Assembly: GCA_963735035.1 (NCBI GenBank)
Contig: CAVTJJ010000004.1
Span: 1,088,001 to 1,152,000, forward strand
Direction: 5' to 3'
Source of the DNA: an uncultured candidate division Zixibacteria bacterium
GTDB taxonomy: Bacteria; Zixibacteria; MSB-5A5; GN15; FEB-12
DNA length: 64,000 nucleotides
Position numbers and translations under genes: made by a program. The notes under the pieces are model-generated. The model was not told where the DNA came from and ran no database searches. It saw nothing but the letters and a program-made list of their open reading frames with translations. This document shows positions 27,487 through 37,100 of the stretch, one piece after another (the stretch's first letter is position 1; the number at the start of each line of letters is the position of its first letter).

Positions 27487-29844
27487 ATGTTCAATAGTTC
27501 GACTTTGCGATGGCTGTGGCTCGGATTGGTAATAGGTGTTTCTACTGTTACGGTTCGAGCCGAAACCCGTACCTTCCGGGTGGGTTTCTTCGAAGGCGGC
27601 CCTTATGAGGCACACGCTGAATTCAGAAATGCTTTCCGCGCCCAGATTAAAGCCATGACGCCGCCGGGAGTCCAGATTGTCTTCGAGCCGGATGCTTTCT
27701 ATTCGGCGGAATGGAACCGCGAAAAATCGAAGAGCATGGCTCGCGAAATTGCCGCCTTCAAGAACCTTGATCTCATTGTTGCCACCGGTCCCTGGACTGT
27801 GGAAGACCTTCTGGCCGCCGGGTTTGATAGACCCATCGTGGCCGCGTTTCGTTTCGATCCGGTAGCCGAGGGACTGGTGAACGCCAAGGGAAGACCCATT
27901 ATCGACAACCTGACCGTCCGTGTCCGCCCCAAGAAAGTCGAATCTGATTTGCTCTATCTGGCCAACCTGGTTCATCCGGATACGGTGGGGGTCCTGTATT
28001 TCCCGTCGGGCGATGAATCCGCGAAGGCTCTGGATTCGATGCGGGTCATCGGACGCAGACTCGGTTTCGAAATCGTCACGGCACAGGGATTCGACACCGA
28101 CGGCGCGTACGCCTATTTCAAAGCTTATCGGCAGCTGAGCCGAAGCGCTGACGCAGTCTATTTATTACCGCTTTGGGGATGCGAGGGAGAAAAGATCAAG
28201 AGTTTCTATCAAATGATCGAGCGCGATCGGAAGGCCGCTTTCTCTTCGGAAGGAATGTATCATGTGGAGCGCGGCGCGCTCGCGTCGGGCTCGGCCGAGA
28301 CCGCGATGGTCGAGGCGCATCTCCAGGCCTGGAAAGTCATGCGGATCATTCAGGGAATGGTTCCGGCCGATCTGCCGATTACGCTGGACGACGATCCGGT
28401 CCTGACCCTTAACGACCAGGTGGCACGAAGTGTGCAGGTAAGAGTACCGTCGGGGTTGCACTACGACATGGTGGTTGTCGAAGGTCTGATGCCGGACAGT
28501 GTGGAGCGCGTGACCCTGGTCGATGCGATTTCAGTGGCTGTCAACCAGAACCCCGGCTTTCAGGCGACCTATCAGACCATGGCGGCCGCGGGACAGGCTG
28601 CGAAGGAAGCTCGTTCGTCTTATCTGCCTCAACTCGAGTTGAACGGATCGGCGGCATACTTCAACAACAACGCCGTCAACAATGATCCTCGGTATGACAA
28701 CAATCGTCTGCAAGCTCATCTGAGCCTGCGTCAGGACCTGTTTGCGCTCGATGCCATCAGGGACATCCGCACTGCGGCGCTTCAGCGGGATCAGAGCGGT
28801 GTCGATCAGAAACGCGCCCAGCTCGACCTGGAACTGGCCGTCACACTGGCCTATCTTGATCTGGCAGCCGCTGATCGGGAGCGACTTATCGAGCAGGCCA
28901 ACCGGAGCCAGGCGAACGAGTGTCTGGAGATTGCGCGTGTACGCCTGAGTCTGGGCGAGACCGAGGCCGTCGATGTCTGGCGTGCCGAGCAGGAATTGAT
29001 GTCGTCCCTTCAGGCGTTGCGCGCAGTGGAAAGTCGCCGACAAATCGCCAGAACCCTGTTCAACACTCTGCTTGGACGGCCGCCTGACTATCCCTTTGTC
29101 GCTGACCTGGGGCAATTCTCAGACGAGCGATTTGCTAACGAGCAATCTCTCATTGAGCAGCTCACCGGAAGCTCTGCGAAACGTGAGAGACTCAACCAGC
29201 TCATTGATAGCCTGGCGTCCGCTAATAGTCCCGAGGCGAAAGCATCGGACCTCGACGTTGCCGTACAGAAATCACAACTTTCTCGCACCAACGCCGGTTT
29301 CTGGCCCCGTATCGGTTTCTTCGCCGATTTCGGTGTGACCGATCAGTTGTCCGACAAAGTGGGGTACGATGAAGCCAATCCGAGTTGGACGATCGGTGCC
29401 GAAATCAAGCTGCCGCTCTTTCTCGGTGGGCGACGTCTGCACGAACGGAGCCGGATGCGGCTGCTGATCGATCAAGAGACTTTCAAGAAGGATCAGGTTT
29501 CATTCGAGACGGTCGCAAGAGTCCGAGTGGCGCTTGAGAAGGCTTTGAGCAGCGCCGATGAATTCGCGCCCGCCGCGCGGGCGGATGAGCTCGCCAAACA
29601 GGTTTATCCCGAAATGATTTCGCGTTATTCGAACGGGGAGGAACGAATGACGGATTTGCTTGACGCGATTCGAACTGATCGTGAGGCATCTCTTCGGGCC
29701 GTGACCGCTCAGATCAACTATTATAGAGCGGCGGCAGAGGCTGTACGGGCCGCTGGAATCTCGACCTACGAGTCGGGGAAGAACGCTTTTGACGAAATGA
29801 TACGTGTGTTGGCGTCGATCACACCCCAACCAGCGAAGCAATGA
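27487..29844 (+). CDS. Periplasmic substrate-binding-like domain fused to a TolC-family outer membrane efflux protein
   Basis: Signal peptide; N-terminal ~330 aa resemble an ABC substrate-binding domain (DLIVATG, ADAVYLLP, VERGALAS, LTLNDQVARS); C-terminal OEP repeats (TLVDAISVAVNQNP, ARSSYLPQL, AYLDL, FWPRIG, LPLFLGG). Confidence 0.8.
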   Translation: MFNSSTLRWLWLGLVIGVSTVTVRAETRTFRVGFFEGGPYEAHAEFRNAFRAQIKAMTPPGVQIVFEPDAFYSAEWNREKSKSMAREIAAFKNLDLIVATGPWTVEDLLAAGFDRPIVAAFRFDPVAEGLVNAKGRPIIDNLTVRVRPKKVESDLLYLANLVHPDTVGVLYFPSGDESAKALDSMRVIGRRLGFEIVTAQGFDTDGAYAYFKAYRQLSRSADAVYLLPLWGCEGEKIKSFYQMIERDRKAAFSSEGMYHVERGALASGSAETAMVEAHLQAWKVMRIIQGMVPADLPITLDDDPVLTLNDQVARSVQVRVPSGLHYDMVVVEGLMPDSVERVTLVDAISVAVNQNPGFQATYQTMAAAGQAAKEARSSYLPQLELNGSAAYFNNNAVNNDPRYDNNRLQAHLSLRQDLFALDAIRDIRTAALQRDQSGVDQKRAQLDLELAVTLAYLDLAAADRERLIEQANRSQANECLEIARVRLSLGETEAVDVWRAEQELMSSLQALRAVESRRQIARTLFNTLLGRPPDYPFVADLGQFSDERFANEQSLIEQLTGSSAKRERLNQLIDSLASANSPEAKASDLDVAVQKSQLSRTNAGFWPRIGFFADFGVTDQLSDKVGYDEANPSWTIGAEIKLPLFLGGRRLHERSRMRLLIDQETFKKDQVSFETVARVRVALEKALSSADEFAPAARADELAKQVYPEMISRYSNGEERMTDLLDAIRTDREASLRAVTAQINYYRAAAEAVRAAGISTYESGKNAFDEMIRVLASITPQPAKQ

Positions 29845-29882
29845 TGTAGACCGAATCGGGCTTGATATTGCTGGGCTCTTGG

Positions 29883-30533
29883 TTACCTGAGGAACTCGAC
29901 CCAGAACATCCAGAAATGGGCCGCCGCCACAACAACGCAAAGCGATATTCGGGCCAGCTTCAGGCTGGCCCGATCTTTGAACGGGGTCACCGTCTCACCG
30001 TGCCACAATCGCAGGAAGTTGCGCGCATACACAACCAGCGAAGCTATCCACAGAACCGTCACAATCGGCGTCATGAGTGAGATGCTGAAGTCAAATCGGA
30101 TCATGTGAGCCCCCAGCAGCACGACTAGTGACGCGAAGGCCCATTTGCCGGTCAGATTCGACGGCAGGGTCAGGTTACGACGCGCTCGGATAAGAAGAGC
30201 GCCGCCGATCAGAATGAGAAGATCCCGGCCTATGACCAGAGCCGCCAGCCACCAGGGGAAGTCGCGGAAAAATATCAGACCGACTACCAGAAGGGCTGCA
30301 AAGAGTTTATCCGCTACCGGGTCGAGGGCGATGCCGATCGGGGTGACCTGCTTCATGCGCCGGGCCAGATATCCGTCCAGGCCGTCAGTGATGGCCGCCA
30401 GAATCACCAGTCCAATGGCTGCTCCCGTAGCCCAGTTCTCCGGTCGCCACAGCAGATAACATACGAACGGGGCAAGGGCCACCCTCGACAGGCTGAACAA
30501 ATTGGGCAAGTAGCGCAATTCTCGAAGGTTCAT
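29883..30533 (-). CDS. CDP-alcohol phosphatidyltransferase (PgsA/cardiolipin synthase-like)
   Basis: LPNLFSLSR, TDGLDGYLARR...T.IG..LDPVADK, GRD, GKW; start placed at MNLRE (30533). Confidence 0.88.
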   Translation of the reverse strand: MNLRELRYLPNLFSLSRVALAPFVCYLLWRPENWATGAAIGLVILAAITDGLDGYLARRMKQVTPIGIALDPVADKLFAALLVVGLIFFRDFPWWLAALVIGRDLLILIGGALLIRARRNLTLPSNLTGKWAFASLVVLLGAHMIRFDFSISLMTPIVTVLWIASLVVYARNFLRLWHGETVTPFKDRASLKLARISLCVVVAAAHFWMFWVEFLR

Positions 30534-30635
30534 GTTCGGTTTTTCGGGTACGATCATTCTTCGGCTAACGTACAACTTCAAATGCTGTCGTGCAACTTGA
30601 TCAATCCCGTGCAGACACTTGCTGATGAATTGGCG

Positions 30636-30693
30636 AAAACAGATTCGGGCAGCCCGAATGTCCACAGGGATAGACAAACACGGCTGCCCGAAT
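30636..30693 (-). terminator. Hairpin downstream of tRNA-Glu (terminator-like)
   Basis: Inverted repeat ATTCGGGCAGCC (30643-30654) / GGCTGCCCGAAT (30682-30693), followed on the minus strand by CTGTTTT. Confidence 0.45.
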
Positions 30694-30699
30694 ACCTTT

Positions 30700-30772
30700 T
30701 AGCGGTACGGGGAATCGAACCCCGGTTTGATGGCTGAGAACCATCCGTCCTAGGCCACTAGACGATACCGCC
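30700..30772 (-). tRNA. tRNA-Glu(CTC); CCA not encoded
   Basis: Minus strand GGCGGTATCGTCTAGTGGCCTAGGACG-GATGG-TTCTCAG-CCATC-AAAC-CGGGG-TTCGATT-CCCCG-TACCGCT-A: full cloverleaf, anticodon CTC. Confidence 0.95.
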
Positions 30773-31345
30773 GATTCAATGCGCAATGCTAAAGGGTAGC
30801 ATCGGCCAACATGATCACACATTCCTCAAATACTGTCAAGCTAATTTAATGTATTGGCCCACAAGACGTTACGGCGACAATCTTAGGTAATACTATGACT
30901 GCTAAAGGCTTACTTGGGACTCTTTTTTCCACATTTTTTTTGATCCAGGTGGCAAATGTGAGACAACAAGACCTCCTATTGCATCGGCCATATTGGCGGT
31001 TGCGTGTGCCATTTAGGCTTATTTTCTGAATCTTCGGCTTAAGCTAATCTGGTCTATCCCAATGCGAGCAACAGGTTATGACGACCAACTCACACCCAAT
31101 CTGTTGCGTCGAATATCGGCGGACGCACCAAATGAGCACTGGTCGGGTTATTCAGATATGTGTGAACGGATCGCTGATACACGCCCAACACCGGATTACT
31201 GTGTGTCAGACCAAGAATTGGATTCCTGGTCGCAGTCAGGTCCCGCGTGTGGGAAAAGCGCCAGCAATCGCCCGGCCTTTTTAGTTTTCGCGCCGTCGGG
31301 CCGCCTCTATATTCCAATTCAGAACAAGCAGGCGATGGAGGATTG

Positions 31346-33853
31346 ATGCCGAAAAGCCGCACTACTCGCACCAGAACGCTACGTGAACTTACTGCCAAAG
31401 AGCTCGAATACACGGTCAGTTATGCGCCGGGGAAAAAGGCCGGCTCCGATGATTTCGAAGCGTGTGAAGATATTATCGGCCAACAGCGAGCTATCGACGC
31501 CATCCGGGTCGGTCTGGCCGTCCACAGCCGGGGCTACAACATTTTTGTCACCGGTGTCGCCGGTACCGGCCGTACGGCTACTATCAGCCTTCTGCTCAAA
31601 CAGCTCGAGCACGACGATCCGAGGTTGTCTGACGTTTGCTACGTCAACAATTTTCGCAAAGTCGACAATCCGCTGGTGTTGACTTTTCCGGCCGGTGACG
31701 GCAAGCACTTCAAGAAAGACATGGAGTACCTGATTCATTCACTCCGCAAGGTGGTCCCCAAAATATTCATGTCCGAGGATTATAAGGACCGTCAGAACCG
31801 GGTAATGCGCGAATTCGAGAATCGGCAGAAGGAGCTAATCGGGGTATTCGAAGGCCGGTTGAACGTGGCCGGGTTCGTGATGGTCCAGATTCAGGGCGCC
31901 AACTCGGTACGCAATGAGATTCACCCCTTGATTGACGGTGAACCGGTTTCGATCGAGCGGATCGAGCGTCTGACGAAAGAAGGGAAATTCGCCGAGGCGC
32001 GTCTCGACGAACTTCGGCGCGCCTGGGACAGCCTGCGTCGCGATTTCGACGGTACCACCATAGAATCTAAGAAGATCAGCGCCAAGCTGGAAGACGCGCT
32101 GGAGAAGTTGAACCATTCGCTGGTGGCCCCGTTGGTCGCGGACAAGATCAATTTGCTCAAGCGACGTTACCCCGATGCCAGAGTTGTCGGCTACCTCGAG
32201 GACGTGGACAACGCGTTGATGAGCGATCTGGATCGATTCCTCGAAGCGCGGCCGCGACGGGGCGAGGAAGATGCCCCGGCTTTTCGCAAGCAGGAGCCTT
32301 TTGAAGAATTCTCGGTCAATCTGATCCTGGACAACTCCGAGACGCAAGGGGTGCCGATTGTTATCGAGAAATCCCCTTCCTATAAGAACCTATTTGGCTC
32401 TCTGGAGCGCGTAGTAGACCGGTTCGGGTACTGGCGCACCGATTTTACCCGAATCTTTAGCGGCTCGCTTCTCCGCGCCAGCGGCGGGTATCTGGTCATG
32501 AACGCGACCGATGTCTTTACCGAGCCGGGCGTATGGGTGTTTCTGAAACGGGCGATCCGCAACGGCGAGCTCGAAATTGCCGCCTACGATCCATTCTCGA
32601 TGATGGCCGGTTCGGGGATCAAACCGGAACCGATTCCCCTGAACGTCAAAGTCGTGTTGATCGGCGATTCCAATATCTACAACATTCTCTGGCATTACGA
32701 CGACGATTTCAAGAAGATCTTCAAAATCAAAGCCGAGTTTGACACTGTAGTGCCGTTCGACCACGGCAGTATGGACAACTACTATGGTTTCATCGCGCGC
32801 CTGGTGCGCGATGAAAATCTGCCCTCGCTGGATCTTTCGGGCATGCACGCGGTGGTCGAATACGGCCGACGCCTGGCGGGACACCGCGACAAGCTCAGCG
32901 TCCGGTTTACGCCGGTCGCGGACATTATTCGTGAAGGATCGTTTTTCGCTCGGCAGCGGAAAGCCAAACAGATCTCCCGGCGTGATATCCAGGAAGCGGT
33001 CGTGAATCGCCGCCGCCGTCTCAATCTGATCGAAGACAAAGTCCAGGAAATGTATGATCACGAAATGCTCCTGGTCACGACCACCGGCAAGGCGGTCGGG
33101 CAGATTAACGGTCTGGCCGTGTATTCATCGGGTGAGTATCCGTTTGGACGTCCGGCTCGAATAACGGTCAACACATCGCTTGGCAAGGCCGGGATTATTA
33201 ATATTGAGCGTGAAGCCGATCTGTCCGGGCCGCTGCATACCAAGGGAGTGGCGATTCTGGCCGGCTACTTCCGCCAGATGTTCGCCCAGGACAAACCGCT
33301 CTCGATGTCGGCTTCGATCTCATTTGAACAGTCGTACTCCGGGGTTGACGGCGATTCGGCATCATCAACAGAGATTTACGCCATTCTCTCCTCTCTGACC
33401 GGACTGCCTATCAAGCAGAGTATCGCCGTCACCGGGTCGGTCAATCAGAAGGGCGAGATTCAACCTATCGGCGGTGTGAATGAAAAGATCGAAGGTTTCT
33501 TTGACGTATGCAAAAGCCGCCGTCTCACCGGAAGTCAGGGTGTAATCATTCCCTGGCAGAACGTGCAGGACCTGCTACTTCGCCCGGATGTTATCGATGC
33601 CGTCAAGGCCGGCAAGTTTCATATCTATCCGATCAAGACGGTGGCGGAAGGCATTGAGATTCTCACCGGCGTGCCGGGAGGGAAACGTCTCGTGCGCGGA
33701 GGCTTCACACCTAAATCGGTCTTCGCTTTGGCCGATGAGAAGCTGCGACAGATGGCGTTGGATTTCGAGCGTTTCGGTCGACCACCTTCAGGCAAGGACA
33801 AGAAGAACAATCGCGGCAAGAAGGCGGGCAACGGAAACAACAACGACGATTGA
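31346..33853 (+). CDS. Lon-like protease (LonC/AAA_32 type)
   Basis: IIGQQRA, GYNIFVTGVAGTGR, CYVNNF, coiled-coil insert, GSLLRASGGYL, PEPIPLNVKVVLIG, VGQINGL, FEQSYSGVDGDSAS (Ser), IGGVNEKIEGFF (Lys). RBS GGAGGA before ATG 31346. Confidence 0.92.
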   Translation: MPKSRTTRTRTLRELTAKELEYTVSYAPGKKAGSDDFEACEDIIGQQRAIDAIRVGLAVHSRGYNIFVTGVAGTGRTATISLLLKQLEHDDPRLSDVCYVNNFRKVDNPLVLTFPAGDGKHFKKDMEYLIHSLRKVVPKIFMSEDYKDRQNRVMREFENRQKELIGVFEGRLNVAGFVMVQIQGANSVRNEIHPLIDGEPVSIERIERLTKEGKFAEARLDELRRAWDSLRRDFDGTTIESKKISAKLEDALEKLNHSLVAPLVADKINLLKRRYPDARVVGYLEDVDNALMSDLDRFLEARPRRGEEDAPAFRKQEPFEEFSVNLILDNSETQGVPIVIEKSPSYKNLFGSLERVVDRFGYWRTDFTRIFSGSLLRASGGYLVMNATDVFTEPGVWVFLKRAIRNGELEIAAYDPFSMMAGSGIKPEPIPLNVKVVLIGDSNIYNILWHYDDDFKKIFKIKAEFDTVVPFDHGSMDNYYGFIARLVRDENLPSLDLSGMHAVVEYGRRLAGHRDKLSVRFTPVADIIREGSFFARQRKAKQISRRDIQEAVVNRRRRLNLIEDKVQEMYDHEMLLVTTTGKAVGQINGLAVYSSGEYPFGRPARITVNTSLGKAGIINIEREADLSGPLHTKGVAILAGYFRQMFAQDKPLSMSASISFEQSYSGVDGDSASSTEIYAILSSLTGLPIKQSIAVTGSVNQKGEIQPIGGVNEKIEGFFDVCKSRRLTGSQGVIIPWQNVQDLLLRPDVIDAVKAGKFHIYPIKTVAEGIEILTGVPGGKRLVRGGFTPKSVFALADEKLRQMALDFERFGRPPSGKDKKNNRGKKAGNGNNNDD

Positions 33854-33957
33854 CGTGTGTAGCGACTGCGTCGCTCCGATCGCACCGGGCCAAAACACAT
33901 TTTCCCCTTGACTTATTTGCGAGTGGAGCTTTGTTTCATTCGAACCAAAGAGGTTCA

Positions 33958-34017
33958 ATGCGCAAAGCTAACGAGATCAGTGTCGTCGGTGATTCACTTG
34001 AGCGATCAATCTCTTAG
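33958..34017 (+). other. Possible small transcript (19-aa sORF MRKANEISVVGDSLERSIS or structured sRNA)
   Basis: TTGACT at 33908, GAGG before the ATG, internal pairing GCTAA-CGAGAT...ATCTC-TTAGC, terminator immediately after. Confidence 0.3.
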
Positions 34018-34019
34018 CA

Positions 34020-34060
34020 AAAATAAGGCGCGGCCTTGATTCAGCCGCGCCTTTTCTATT
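34020..34060. terminator. Bidirectional rho-independent terminator
   Basis: AAAAAT-AAGGCGCGGC-CTTGATTCA-GCCGCGCCTT-TTCTATT between convergent genes. Confidence 0.8.
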
Positions 34061-34114
34061 GTGCAATTACTCTTGTATGACTCGTTGCACTTCGAATAAC
34101 ACCTCTTGTCTCGA

Positions 34115-37100
34115 TCAAAAATCCGCGCCGAATGAGAAATAGTGGGTGGGGTGGGCGCTGACCGTATTAAAGTCGGTCGCCCAGGCAACGTCATAGCGCA
34201 GCAGTGCGAAACCGAACAAGTTGACTCGCATGCCCCAGCCGAATCCGGTCTTGATGTCGTTGAGGCGGCTGACACCATTCTCCTTAACCCGCCCCTTGAA
34301 TTTGTCCCCGTACCAGGCCGAGCCGATATCGGTGAACAGCGCGCCGGTGATATTGCTCAGTAAAATCGGCAGAGGATACTTCATGGCGAAATACTGTACG
34401 AGCGGGAAGCGCAGCTCCCAGTTGATCAAGCCGTAGCGGTCGCCGGAGAGGCCGTAGTTTTCCCAACCGCGCAATGGCGTAATGACGTCGGAGAAATATA
34501 GATTCTCGACATCATAGACCTTGGGTTCAAGCGTGCGGTTGCCGAGCCAGTTGGTGGTGCCGCCGAGAAAATACAGTTTCGGTGTGTGGCCGAATGAGGC
34601 ACCGCCGCTGAAGCGAAGCGCCATCGATACCGTACTGGCAATGTGCCAGTATTTGCGGTAATCGAAACCGGCGGAATAGAAGCTGATACCGTTATTGTCA
34701 AACAGGTCGTTGCCGCCATCGAGAGTAAATTTCACTCTCCGTCCGTTCATCGGCGCGGTATAGCCCCACAGGACGTTGTCGAAAACGTACGAACCTGAGA
34801 CACTGGTTATTCGCGAACTGCGGTTGGGACGAGGGTCGCCCAGATCGCGATCGTAGTACTTGCGGTCGATGAATACTTCGCCCAGCGATGCTTCCAATCG
34901 GCTGAAGGTGGAAAACGGGCGAGAGGCGAATCCCTGTATACCGTAGAAACGATCGGAGAACAGAAAGTTGTAAGAATCCACGTAGTAGTTCTTGGTGTGG
35001 AACCCACCCACCCCCAGACTCGTCCGATGAGTATTGTTGAAATAGAATGACTGAATGAACGACTGATCGAGGCTGTTGACAAAATCAGTAGCGACATACA
35101 CCTGATGGTCACCGACATAGTCCGAGAAGAGAAAGACCGTCTGGCCGCGTACGCCGAAGAACGTGTCGTAGGTGAAGCCGCCCCCCACAAAATCGGTCGT
35201 CAGTCTGGCCTTGTAGCGATTGACGGTGTATTCGCCGCTGGGCAGCCGGGAAGGAATCGAGTCAAACGCGGCCGGTTCTGCTCGACGCCAGTTGGCCTGG
35301 GAGCTGTCGCGGTCCTTTTTGACATCCTGTAGGACTGAATCGAGTGCGATTTCATCGGCGCTCGCGACCCGCACAAACTCGTCGTTATATATCCCGGTCT
35401 TGGTCTCTGTCTTAGTCGTATCGGTCTTGGTCGGAGGAGTTGCCGCGACAGCCGAAGTAGTGTCCGTCAGGCTGGTATCCGTCGAGGCCGTCAAAGCCGT
35501 GTCCTGAGGCGGAATTATGGTAGCGACGGAACTGGTGTCGACCGTTATCACGCTAACAGTGTCAACCTTCACAGAATCGGCTGCGGCTATCGCGCCTGAC
35601 TTGGTCGAGTCTGCTTTCGCGACTGGTCCGGCCTGCGATTCTTCCTTGGGCGGCTCGGGAATATTGTATTTGCCCTGGACGAAATCCGTCTCGGCCAGAA
35701 CGCCGTTATTGCCCGCGGGCACCAGATTCTCGAGCATGAAGATATCAAAGGCGCCCTTATAGAATGCGGAGAACGCAATCTTTCCTCCGGTGGGCGCCCA
35801 GCAAATGTGTCGCACTCCGGTCAGGATATCGGTCACCGCGTAATAGCGCGTCGAATCAAGTGACCCGACATAGATATTGTCGATCCCGTTTCGATTGGAA
35901 ATAAAGGCTATCCTGGTGCCGTCTGGGGATACCATAGGCTGATGGTTTTGTCCGGGCCCCACATTAACCGGCCGAAGGTTGGTGCCGTCCACATTGACCC
36001 GAAACAGATTGTACATGCCGTACTGGAAGTCACCGGACAAGAGTGTGTCGGCCGGATTCGTCTTCGCGTGGCCCTGCTTATTGCCTACGATATTCGCCGG
36101 ATGCGGCCGATCGGACGAGAATACTATCTCGGCGGAATTTGGCAGCCACGACGGCTCCACATCGTCGTAACGGTCTTCGGTTATCCGGCTGATCTGGTCG
36201 GTGTCTACATGGTAGATGTAGATGTCCCGGGTGGGCCCATCGAGCGCCGAGAAGGCAACCATTTTCCCGTCGGGTGACCAGGACGGATCGGTAACGTTCT
36301 GATAGTTGAAGCGACGTTTCAGATATACGTCGCCGTTCGAGACTTTGACGAAGAAGAGCGATTCCTTGCCGTTGGACTTGGCCACGAATACGATGTTGTT
36401 GCCGTCGGGCGAAAACGACATCCCCGACACGTAGGCATGAAGCGATTCCAGGTCGCCCGAGCGCTCCGCGTGAACCAGGCGCTTGATTAGCTTGCCGTCG
36501 TAGGGTGAGATCAACACGATTTCGGTGTAGTCGGATTTGTCGGTGAAGATCGCGATCTCTTCGCCACCCGGAGCGAAGGCCGGCTTCTCGTTGAAATAGG
36601 AACCGTCCTCGCGGGCCTTCGTCAGTTGTTTGCCGACTTCGTTGGCTTCTTTCAAAGTGGCAATCGACGGCCAGTAGCGCCGTTTCATTTCCTTGGAGAA
36701 ACCCTCCCAGAAATCCTTTTCCTCAACTCCGAGCACCGCTTTCAAAGTCTTGCTCATGGTGAGGAGGATCTTGCCCTTCTGGATGATCTTGTAGATTTTG
36801 TCCTCACCGTATTTGTCGGCGATATACTTCACCATCGCCTGACCCTGTCGGTAGGCGAAGTAGTTGTATTCGAGATATTCCGGAGGCACCAGGTAGTTGT
36901 TGATCGTGGCGTCCCGCATAAACATGTCGGAATTGTAGTCCCAGCCGTGATTCGATGAATATTCGGCATACCCTTCAGAATACCAGGTCGGGAGATCAAA
37001 GAATCTCTGACGGGATATTATCGAGGAGAAGTTGGTTCCGAAGAGCATGTTGTGAATTACCGCATGGGTCAATTCGTGGTGAAGCACATGACGGAAATCC

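Noticed and set aside
30700..31340. Integrative element at tRNA-Glu
   Set aside because: No integrase, no duplicated tRNA 3' end seen, and flanking genes are housekeeping.
31062..31346. 94-aa ORF upstream of lon and the extended lon start at 31247
   Set aside because: No RBS or recognisable motifs; lon has a clear GGAGGA SD before ATG 31346.
33940..33985. c-di-GMP-I riboswitch (GCGCAAAGC resemblance)
   Set aside because: Lacks the GGCAAAC...GAAA P2 stem and has no downstream gene in the same orientation.
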